Shown: one piece after another, positions 9,950 to 17,793 of the stretch
How the letters are laid out: the number at the start of each line of letters is the position of its first letter
Position numbering within the stretch: the stretch's first letter is position 1
Assembly (NCBI GenBank): GCA_963845065.1
Contig: CAWJQQ010000001.1
Coordinates: 1,216,001-1,280,000, forward strand
Reading direction: 5' to 3'
Source: Nitrospirota bacterium
GTDB taxonomy: Bacteria > Nitrospirota > UBA9217
Length of the DNA stretch: 64,000 nucleotides
The notes under the pieces: model-generated
Told to the model about the DNA's origin: nothing
Databases searched by the model: none
The model's input: only the letters and a program-made list of their open reading frames with translations
Translations under genes and position numbers: made by a program

Positions 9950-11497
9950 ATGAAAATCGCAACTGCAAAACAAGTAAAAAATATTGACCGCAGGGCGACC
10001 AGGGAATTCGGCATTCCTGGTCCAGTCCTGATGGAGAATGCCGCGTCTGCCATCATGGCTGAAATGGAAAAATATTTTGATGGACTGATCGGTGTGCGTG
10101 TCGGAATTATTTGCGGTAAGGGGAATAACGGTGGTGATGGGCTCGCTCTTGCGCGAAGGCTCAGCATACGCGGAGTACCGGTGCGTGTAGCGTTGCTTGC
10201 ATCATTCACTGCCGTATCTGGTGAAGCAAAAGTCAACCTTTCCATCCTACGCAAGATGGATGTGGAAATCACTCAGAATGCTTCTGCACGTTTTGTCGCC
10301 GACATTTCCGAGTGGTCCGATATCATTGTTGATGCCATACTGGGCGTGGGATTGTCATCACCGTTAAAAGGCCTCTATGCGCAGGCTGTAGACACGATCA
10401 ACGCATCAGGCAGGCCGGTAGTTGCAATAGATGTCCCGACAGGTATAGACTCGGATACAGGGGCGGTGATGGGAACGGCCATAATGGCGGATCTTACGGT
10501 GACTATGGCCGTCCTAAAGCGCGGGATTATGGTTTTTCCAGGTGCCCGGAATGCGGGAGAGGTGCGGATTGCTGATATAGGAATCCCGTCAGAGGTCATT
10601 GAGAAAGAAAAGATCAACGTACGCTTATTGAATAAAGGCTCGCTCCTGGGCATCCTGGGACGCAGGGACCAAGACGCTCATAAAGGCGACTTCGGCCATC
10701 TCCTGGTGATAGCAGGATCACCGGGCAAGGCTGGCGCCGCAACTATGACGGCCAAAAGCGCTCTAAGGACAGGAACTGGGCTAGTGAGCGTAGGAACACC
10801 GAATGGACTAGTTCCGATCATCCAACAGCAATTGTTCGAAGCCATGTGCATCCCATCGGCGGAAAGCATTGACGGTACGATCGGGCTTGGGGCTGAAACT
10901 GAACTGCTCAAGGTGGCAGCAAAGATGAGTGCCTGCGCTATTGGCCCTGGTCTCTCGACACACTATGAAACAGTCACGATGGTGAGGAGCTTTCTGCAGC
11001 AAATCACGATCCCCATTGTTATAGATGCCGATGGTCTGAATGCACTAATTGGCTATCTTGATGTTATTAAAAAAAACAAGGGTCCTGTCATTATGACACC
11101 TCATCCTGGCGAGATGGCCAGACTGTTGGGCATAACAATATCGGATGTCCAGAAGGACAGGATCGGCATTGCCACAGTCTTTGCTGTGAAGTACAATGTA
11201 ACGATCGTGCTCAAGGGTGCGGGTACGGTGGTAGCGAATCCTGATGGCCTGGTATATATTAATAATACGGGAAATCCAGGCATGGCAACAGGTGGCACCG
11301 GTGACGCGTTGACGGGAATGATCGGCGGTTTCCTTGCCCAGGGATTTGCTTCTCTTCAAGCTGCTTGTCTAGGTGTGTATCTTCACGGTCTCGCAGGAGA
11401 TCTTGCGGCCAAGGAAAAGGGCGAAGCAGGAATGATTGCCGGTGACTTGATCGAGAAGATTCCACAAGCTCTGCAAGAAACGATTGAATCATCATAG
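9950..11497 (+). CDS. nnr: Bifunctional NAD(P)H-hydrate epimerase/dehydratase
   Basis: LMENA, GKGNNGGDG, DVPTG (YjeF_N); HKGDFG, IGPGL, DADGLN, TPHPGEMARL, GGTGDAL (YjeF_C). Start taken at ATG 9950. Confidence 0.95.
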   Translation: MKIATAKQVKNIDRRATREFGIPGPVLMENAASAIMAEMEKYFDGLIGVRVGIICGKGNNGGDGLALARRLSIRGVPVRVALLASFTAVSGEAKVNLSILRKMDVEITQNASARFVADISEWSDIIVDAILGVGLSSPLKGLYAQAVDTINASGRPVVAIDVPTGIDSDTGAVMGTAIMADLTVTMAVLKRGIMVFPGARNAGEVRIADIGIPSEVIEKEKINVRLLNKGSLLGILGRRDQDAHKGDFGHLLVIAGSPGKAGAATMTAKSALRTGTGLVSVGTPNGLVPIIQQQLFEAMCIPSAESIDGTIGLGAETELLKVAAKMSACAIGPGLSTHYETVTMVRSFLQQITIPIVIDADGLNALIGYLDVIKKNKGPVIMTPHPGEMARLLGITISDVQKDRIGIATVFAVKYNVTIVLKGAGTVVANPDGLVYINNTGNPGMATGGTGDALTGMIGGFLAQGFASLQAACLGVYLHGLAGDLAAKEKGEAGMIAGDLIEKIPQALQETIESS

Positions 11498-11582
11498 TTG
11501 GATACGCTCTTATCAAAATTCCATCAATCCTCGACATTGACTTTGGACATGTAGTTAAATTTATTTTTTCAGAGAGGTTTTT

Positions 11583-12041
11583 ATGTTGACCGCGAAAGAC
11601 ATCATGACAAATAAAGTAATAACCGTAACCCCTGACACTTCGATTGAGGAGCTTTCTTCCATACTCGTCAAGAACGAAATTAGCGGTGTACCAGTCGTTG
11701 ACGATTCAGGAATGCTTTATGGCATAATTACCGAGAATGACCTCATCTCGCAGAATAAACGGCTTCATATCCCGACAGTCGTTAGCTTTCTTGATGCTGC
11801 CATCTATCTCGAAAGTTCAAAGAAGTTTGAACAGGACGTAAAGCGATTAACGGCAACAAAAGTCAGAGAGATCTGCACCCGCAAGGTCGTAACGATAACT
11901 GAAGACGTAACACTCGTGGATATCGCCACGATCATGACCGAAAAGAAAATTCAACTTCTTCCGGTAGTCAAAGCCGGCAAGGTCATCGGTATCGTGGGAA
12001 AACGTGACATGCTCAAGGCAGTAACTCGACAGGCAGAATAG
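11583..12041 (+). CDS. CBS-domain pair protein
   Basis: AKDIMT…VITVTPDT…ISGVPVVD…GIITEND, plus a second CBS repeat LPVV…GIVGKRD. Confidence 0.9.
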   Translation: MLTAKDIMTNKVITVTPDTSIEELSSILVKNEISGVPVVDDSGMLYGIITENDLISQNKRLHIPTVVSFLDAAIYLESSKKFEQDVKRLTATKVREICTRKVVTITEDVTLVDIATIMTEKKIQLLPVVKAGKVIGIVGKRDMLKAVTRQAE

Positions 12042-12568
12042 TGTTCAGCGTTATCACCACAAACCAGGAGCAAACATGGCAGATTGGAGAAATGTTGGGC
12101 TCACGTCTTGAAGCCGGCGATACAGTCTGCCTCTATGGAGACCTCGGGGCTGGAAAAACGAGTTTTTCCTATGGCATCGCGTTGGGACTTGAGGTGGAGG
12201 AGCAATATATCACAAGCCCCACGTTTACGTTTGTGAATGAGTATCAGGGGAGGGTACCACTGTATCACATTGACCTTTATCGGCTGAACGATCCCGATGA
12301 GTTAGAAAATATAGGTTTCGAGGAGTACCTTGATTCAAACGGCGTAACGGTGATCGAGTGGGCCGAAAAGGCCGAAGATGTTCTGCCCGGAGAATGTTTA
12401 AGCGTTTATCTCTCGTATGTGAACGATAACAGCCGGGAAATAGGCTTCCTTGCGGAAGGGGAGCGCTACCAAGAGATAGTAGATGATTTGAGCGCCGAGC
12501 TAAAGAAAAATAAGCCTGATTCAATGAAAACCTCATTACATAATGGCGACATTATACCCGGGCCTTAA
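12041..12568 (+). CDS. tsaE: tRNA threonylcarbamoyladenosine biosynthesis ATPase
   Basis: GDLGAGKT, SPTFT, YHIDLYRL, VIEW. Confidence 0.95.
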   Translation: MFSVITTNQEQTWQIGEMLGSRLEAGDTVCLYGDLGAGKTSFSYGIALGLEVEEQYITSPTFTFVNEYQGRVPLYHIDLYRLNDPDELENIGFEEYLDSNGVTVIEWAEKAEDVLPGECLSVYLSYVNDNSREIGFLAEGERYQEIVDDLSAELKKNKPDSMKTSLHNGDIIPGP

Positions 12569-12613
12569 CACGGGCTCGTTAAGTGATGTAGTGTTTTTGA
12601 ACAAGGCCGGTGA

Positions 12614-13474
12614 ATGTACGAGATGAAAAAAATAGGCATCATAGCAAAGGATATCCCTACTGCGTTGAAGGCCGCAAAGAAGCTGGCGGCTTGGCTTGAA
12701 TCGCGGGGAAAAAAAGTTTATATCGATAACGATACTGCCGCGTCTTTAAAAAAACGTGGACATGAACTCTCTGAACTTCCAGCCCTTGTCGAAATGCTGA
12801 TCGTACTTGGTGGTGATGGTACGCTTCTGTCCGCAGCGCGGCATGTTGCAGATGCACACACGAACGTACCAATATTCGGAGTCAACCTGGGGAGCCTCGG
12901 TTTCATGGCAGAAGTCTCACGTGACGAACTTTACGACAATCTCGAAAAAGCCATGGCGGGAAAACTAGAAACTGAGGAGAGGATGATGCTCGCGGCAAGT
13001 GTCATCCGAGCCGGAAGACGCATAGCACGATACCGTGTGTTGAACGATGCAGTGATCAATAAGGGCGCGCTCGCGCGTATGATGCAGCTAAAGATTACCG
13101 TAAGCGATGGATATCTGACTACGCTCAAGGCAGACGGTCTTATCGTTGCAACGCCAACGGGGTCTACTGCTTATTCGCTTTCCGCTGGCGGTCCTATTAT
13201 CCATCCAACAATCCACTGTTTCGTCGTAACGCCCATTTGTCCCCACACGCTGTCGAACCGGCCCATTGCTTTGCCTGATACCGTCGTGGTCAGCGTACGC
13301 CTGACTTCAAAGAGTGAAGATGTGTCTCTTACTCTGGACGGCCAGATTGGTTTTCCTCTCGTAATGAATGATGTTGTGGAGATTGAGCGGTCTCGGTTTA
13401 AGATGAGATTTATTAAACATCCTGTAAAAAGCTATTACGAAATTCTCAGGACAAAGCTTAAGTGGGGGAATTAA
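12614..13474 (+). CDS. nadK: NAD(+) kinase
   Basis: LGGDGT, GVNLGSLGF, LND, DGLIVATPTGSTAYSLSAGGP, PICPHTL. Confidence 0.96.
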   Translation: MYEMKKIGIIAKDIPTALKAAKKLAAWLESRGKKVYIDNDTAASLKKRGHELSELPALVEMLIVLGGDGTLLSAARHVADAHTNVPIFGVNLGSLGFMAEVSRDELYDNLEKAMAGKLETEERMMLAASVIRAGRRIARYRVLNDAVINKGALARMMQLKITVSDGYLTTLKADGLIVATPTGSTAYSLSAGGPIIHPTIHCFVVTPICPHTLSNRPIALPDTVVVSVRLTSKSEDVSLTLDGQIGFPLVMNDVVEIERSRFKMRFIKHPVKSYYEILRTKLKWGN

Positions 13475-13514
13475 CAATTACGTTCAGCATTCAAAGTTCA
13501 TACTTCTTTAAACA

Positions 13515-14336
13515 ATGATAGGTACATATTTCATGGACGAAAATCTGCGGGTGCTTTTAGAAATTGTAACACATATTAAGGGGCATCTTGAATTTCAAAA
13601 AGCTCTTGGCGTGCGAGCGATCGCAGTGCCCTTACTCTTTGACCACAATGCCGAAACTACTGTGGAAAATAATAAAAATCAGCTCAATTCAGTCTTTGCC
13701 AGTGCGGAAAGTGCAATAAAGCAAAACATTTCTTTCAAGAAAGAGCCTGAGGTGAAGATCATCTCAGGTGAACCGTCTTCTCTTGACTCGATAAGAGAGG
13801 CATTAGGGAATTGCAGCCGATGCAAGCTTCATCAAAACAGAAACGCCATCGTCTTTGGTGAGGGCAACGGTCAGGCTCAGCTCGTTTTTATAGGAGAAGG
13901 TCCTGGCTATGAAGAAGACCAGCAGGGAAATCCATTTGTTGGGGAAGCGGGACGGTTGTTAACCGACATAATCGTCAAGGGGATGAAGCTTAAGCGGGAA
14001 GAGGTATATATCTGCAACGTCGTAAAATGTCGGCCACCGAACAATCGAACCCCGGAGTCGGAAGAAATTGCAGCTTGTGAACCATTTCTGCGCAAACAGA
14101 TCCTGTCGATCAAACCAAAGGTAATCGTTACATTGGGCAACGTCCCTACTCAGACACTGCTTAAAACAAAAGACGGGATCACGAAGCTTCGCGGGAAGTG
14201 GCGGGTCTTTGAGGGAATACCGCTCATGCCAACCTTTCACCCTGCCTATCTTCTCAGAAATCCTAAAGACAAAGCACTTGTCTGGGAAGACATCCAGAGG
14301 GTCATGACGAAGCTAGAAAAGAAAGTGAAAGAATAG
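13515..14336 (+). CDS. Uracil-DNA glycosylase, family 4 (Fe-S), with N-terminal extension
   Basis: CSRCKL, GEGPG…ED, PFVG, NVVKCRPPNNRTP, TFHPAYLLR. The start may be ATG 13533. Confidence 0.92.
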   Translation: MIGTYFMDENLRVLLEIVTHIKGHLEFQKALGVRAIAVPLLFDHNAETTVENNKNQLNSVFASAESAIKQNISFKKEPEVKIISGEPSSLDSIREALGNCSRCKLHQNRNAIVFGEGNGQAQLVFIGEGPGYEEDQQGNPFVGEAGRLLTDIIVKGMKLKREEVYICNVVKCRPPNNRTPESEEIAACEPFLRKQILSIKPKVIVTLGNVPTQTLLKTKDGITKLRGKWRVFEGIPLMPTFHPAYLLRNPKDKALVWEDIQRVMTKLEKKVKE

Positions 14337-14433
14337 TGTGCAGATATTCAGATGGAAGAAGTCAGACGAAAGCTAAGAAATCTCTCCCGGCATCCTGTCG
14401 TCTGAACTTTGTCTTCCGCTCCCAGTTTCTATT

Positions 14434-17115
14434 ATGCCCGACTTAACACCTCTCATGAAACAATACCGCGAGATCAAGCACCGGCACCTCGACGCTATCC
14501 TGCTTTTTCGCATGGGTGATTTCTACGAGATGTTCGATCAGGACGCGGTGACTGCCTCAAAAGTGCTCGAAATCACGCTTACGGCACGGAATAAGTCCAA
14601 AGGCATCGAGACGCCGCTCTGCGGCTTCCCCTATCACGCGGCAGAGGGCTACATTGCGAAGCTCATCCGTCGCGGGTTCAAGGTCGCCGTGTGCGAGCAG
14701 GTTGAGGACCCAAAGCTCGCAAAGGGGATCGTAAAGCGTGAAGTGATTCGGGTGGTCACGCCGGGAACGGTGCTGGACTCGAACCTCCTCGACGCAAAAG
14801 ACAACAACTATCTGGCATCCATCTATCCAGCGAAAGAAGGCTTTGGCTTATCCTTTCTCGACATTTCTACTGGCGATTTCTCTCTAGCCGAAGTTCAGGG
14901 CGTTGATAGTTTCGCCGAACTAGATACCATGTTGGCACGGTTCTCGCCGCGTGAGATTGTTCTGCCGAAAGGATATCAACCGTCCGACGGACTCTCAACA
15001 GTACTCCACCAATATACGCAAGCAATCAACACATACGATGATTGGAACTTTGATTGGAAAACGGCGATGCGCGCCCTTCTGGAACATTTCAAGACTTCAT
15101 CTCTCGAAGGTTTCGGCTGCAACGGTATGAAGGCTGGTATTTCTGCAGCCGGCGCAGCACTGAGGTACATCGAAGAAACACAGAAAACGGCCCTCACGAA
15201 CATTCGCACGATCCGCCCGTTCCTGGTCCGTGAATATATGGTCCTCGATGGATCATGCCAACGTAATCTGGAATTGGCAAAAAACATATACGACGGCTCG
15301 AACAGAGGAACACTTCTCGCTGTTCTTGATTTCACCGTAACATCCATGGGAGGCAGAAAACTGCGCGAATGGCTTTTGAATCCGCTCATGGATGCGCGAG
15401 AAATAGAACGGCGTCTCGATGTCGTCGCTGAATTCAAGGATAGTCATCAATTTCGGTCTGATCTCAGGACTTCTCTGAGTGCCGTGTATGATCTGGAGCG
15501 CCTTATAAGCCGTGTATCCCTGAGTGCGTCGAATGCCCGTGATCTGATCGCACTCAAACATTCTTTTATAGCGATGCCGGGCATCAAAGAGCTGCTTACC
15601 GGCTGTTCTGCCCGGCTGATCTATGATCTGGCGGAGGGATGGGATGATCTAAGGGATGTATACCAGATTATCGATAAGGCAATTTACGAAGATCCGCCCT
15701 ATACGCTACGTGAAGGAAAACTTATCAAAAAAGGATTTAACTCTGAACTCGACGAATTGCGCTCAATCAGTTCCGAAGGCAAGGGCTGGATCGCGGGAAT
15801 CGAGCAACGCGAACGTGAACGCACTGGCATAGGCTCGCTCAAAGTGAGCTATAACAGGGTTTTTGGATATTATATCGAAATAACCAAGGCCAACTTGGCG
15901 AACGTGCCGCAGGATTATCTCCGCAAGCAAACGCTCACGAATGCAGAACGGTTCATTACTCCGGAACTGAAAGAATACGAGGAAAAAGTACTTGGCGCAG
16001 AGGAAAAGATCCTCGATATTGAGTACCGGCTCTTTCAACAGGTGCGCGAAACAATCTCCGGCCAGACCGTCCGTATCCAGGACATGGGGAAAAGACTTGC
16101 TATCCTTGATTGCCTATTATCAATTGCGGAAGCTGCTGCAAAGAACTCATATGCACGGCCGATAGTCCTCGATGACGATTCACTTCGAATAGTCGAGGGG
16201 AGGCATCCGGTCATCGAGCAGCTCTTTGCTGAAGAACGCTTTATCCCGAACGATACGGTTCTCGACTGCGAGGAAAACCAGCTCTTGATCATTACGGGCC
16301 CGAACATGGCAGGCAAATCGACGTACATGCGCCAGGTTGCATTGATCACTCTCATGGCTCAAATGGGAAGTTTCGTACCCGCGCGGGAAGCGCAGATCGG
16401 ACTCGTTGACCGTATTTTTACGCGTGTTGGAGCATCAGATTTCATCACCCGCGGACAAAGCACGTTCATGGTAGAGATGAATGAAACTGCTAACATACTT
16501 AACAACGCTACGGATAGGAGCCTCATTATTCTCGACGAGATCGGCAGGGGTACGAGCACCTTTGACGGGATCAGCATTGCCTGGGCTGTGGCCGAGTATA
16601 TCCATACTAAGCTCGGAGCCCGGACGTTATTTGCTACACATTACCATGAGCTTACCGAACTTGCTCTTACCATGGACCGGGTAAAGAACTATACCGTGGC
16701 CATTAAGGAGTGGAACGACCAAATCATCTTCTTGCGTAAAGTTATCGAGGGAGGAGCGGACAAATCCTACGGCATTCAAGTGGCCCGTCTCGCTGGCTTG
16801 CCGCCGGCCGTTATCAACCGTGCCAAGGAGGTTCTTGCTAACCTTGAAAAGGCGGAGTTTAACGAGATGGGTGAACCAGTAGCCGCATCAAAAATCGGAA
16901 CATGGGAGGGGCGGACGACGGGGGTACAGGGAGATAAAAACAAAAATATAGGAAATTCTATCGGTACGGAAGCGATCGAGCCCGAACTCGGGCTTTTTGC
17001 GAGCGAAGCAGGCCTGCTCTTTAAGGAGCTTCAGGATCTAAACCTCGACACCATGACGCCGCTTGATGCCATGAATAAACTTCACGAAATTAAGAAGAAA
17101 GTGAGTGGCGTATGA
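14434..17115 (+). CDS. mutS: DNA mismatch repair protein MutS
   Basis: TPLMKQY, FRMGDFYEMF, TGPNMAGKST, STFMVEM, DEIGRGTST, ATHYHEL, SYGIQVARLAG. Confidence 0.98.
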   Translation: MPDLTPLMKQYREIKHRHLDAILLFRMGDFYEMFDQDAVTASKVLEITLTARNKSKGIETPLCGFPYHAAEGYIAKLIRRGFKVAVCEQVEDPKLAKGIVKREVIRVVTPGTVLDSNLLDAKDNNYLASIYPAKEGFGLSFLDISTGDFSLAEVQGVDSFAELDTMLARFSPREIVLPKGYQPSDGLSTVLHQYTQAINTYDDWNFDWKTAMRALLEHFKTSSLEGFGCNGMKAGISAAGAALRYIEETQKTALTNIRTIRPFLVREYMVLDGSCQRNLELAKNIYDGSNRGTLLAVLDFTVTSMGGRKLREWLLNPLMDAREIERRLDVVAEFKDSHQFRSDLRTSLSAVYDLERLISRVSLSASNARDLIALKHSFIAMPGIKELLTGCSARLIYDLAEGWDDLRDVYQIIDKAIYEDPPYTLREGKLIKKGFNSELDELRSISSEGKGWIAGIEQRERERTGIGSLKVSYNRVFGYYIEITKANLANVPQDYLRKQTLTNAERFITPELKEYEEKVLGAEEKILDIEYRLFQQVRETISGQTVRIQDMGKRLAILDCLLSIAEAAAKNSYARPIVLDDDSLRIVEGRHPVIEQLFAEERFIPNDTVLDCEENQLLIITGPNMAGKSTYMRQVALITLMAQMGSFVPAREAQIGLVDRIFTRVGASDFITRGQSTFMVEMNETANILNNATDRSLIILDEIGRGTSTFDGISIAWAVAEYIHTKLGARTLFATHYHELTELALTMDRVKNYTVAIKEWNDQIIFLRKVIEGGADKSYGIQVARLAGLPPAVINRAKEVLANLEKAEFNEMGEPVAASKIGTWEGRTTGVQGDKNKNIGNSIGTEAIEPELGLFASEAGLLFKELQDLNLDTMTPLDAMNKLHEIKKKVSGV

Positions 17116-17170
17116 TCATACCGGACATATTAAAACGTTCAGTTCTTCACAACGGGGTCGTACTTCTTTG

Positions 17171-17200
17171 TTGACACTTTGCCCCTGTTTCTGGTAATAT
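17171..17200 (+). promoter_or_regulatory. sigma70-type promoter for rplI (TTGACA-18-TAATAT, extended TG)
   Basis: TTGACA 17171-17176, TAATAT 17195-17200, AGGAG RBS at 17221. Confidence 0.55.
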
Positions 17201-17236
17201 CGTGCTATCATTCACTCGAAAGGAGCAGTATCATAC

Positions 17237-17683
17237 ATGCAGGTAATATTACGCGAAGATATCGACAAATTGGGGGAAATAGGCGACCTCGTCAAGGTTG
17301 CCGACGGCTACGCACGGAATTTTCTGGTCCCAAAGCAAATGGCCATTGAAGCTACACCAAAAAATGTTCATGCAATGGAGCATGCGAAAAAGATGGTGTC
17401 CGACCGCATCCGCAAATTGAAGAAAGAAGCGGGTGTGGAAGCCGACCGGATCAAGGGTATTGCTGTAACGATCAAAGCCAAGGTCGGTGAAGAAGGGAAA
17501 CTATTCGGTTCCGTCACGTCCATGGACATTGCTGAAGCTGTAAAAGCTCAGGGTGTTGAACTGGACAAACGCAAAATCGTGCTCGCCGAGCCTATCAAGC
17601 GGCTTGGAGAGTACACTATTGCGGTGAAACTGCATGCAGACGTACAGACAAACCTTAAGGTTACAGTAATCGCTGAAGAATAG
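17237..17683 (+). CDS. rplI: 50S ribosomal protein L9
   Basis: MQVILREDIDKLG…VKVADGYARNFLVP, GKLFGSVT, PIKRLG. Confidence 0.98.
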   Translation: MQVILREDIDKLGEIGDLVKVADGYARNFLVPKQMAIEATPKNVHAMEHAKKMVSDRIRKLKKEAGVEADRIKGIAVTIKAKVGEEGKLFGSVTSMDIAEAVKAQGVELDKRKIVLAEPIKRLGEYTIAVKLHADVQTNLKVTVIAEE

Positions 17684-17706
17684 CTCGCAAAATCCAAACG
17701 GATTCA

Positions 17707-17767
17707 GGAGCCAGAAGTCGGAAGTCAGGAGATACACGCTGGTTTCTGGCTTCTGGCTTCTTTTTTT
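17707..17767 (+). terminator. Rho-independent terminator between rplI and dnaB
   Basis: GGAGCCAGAAGTCGGAAGTCAG…CTGGTTTCTGGCTTCTGGCTTC stem (several G-U pairs) followed by T7. Confidence 0.7.
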
Positions 17768-17793
17768 GTTTAAGCTGAATTTGAGGTACAACC

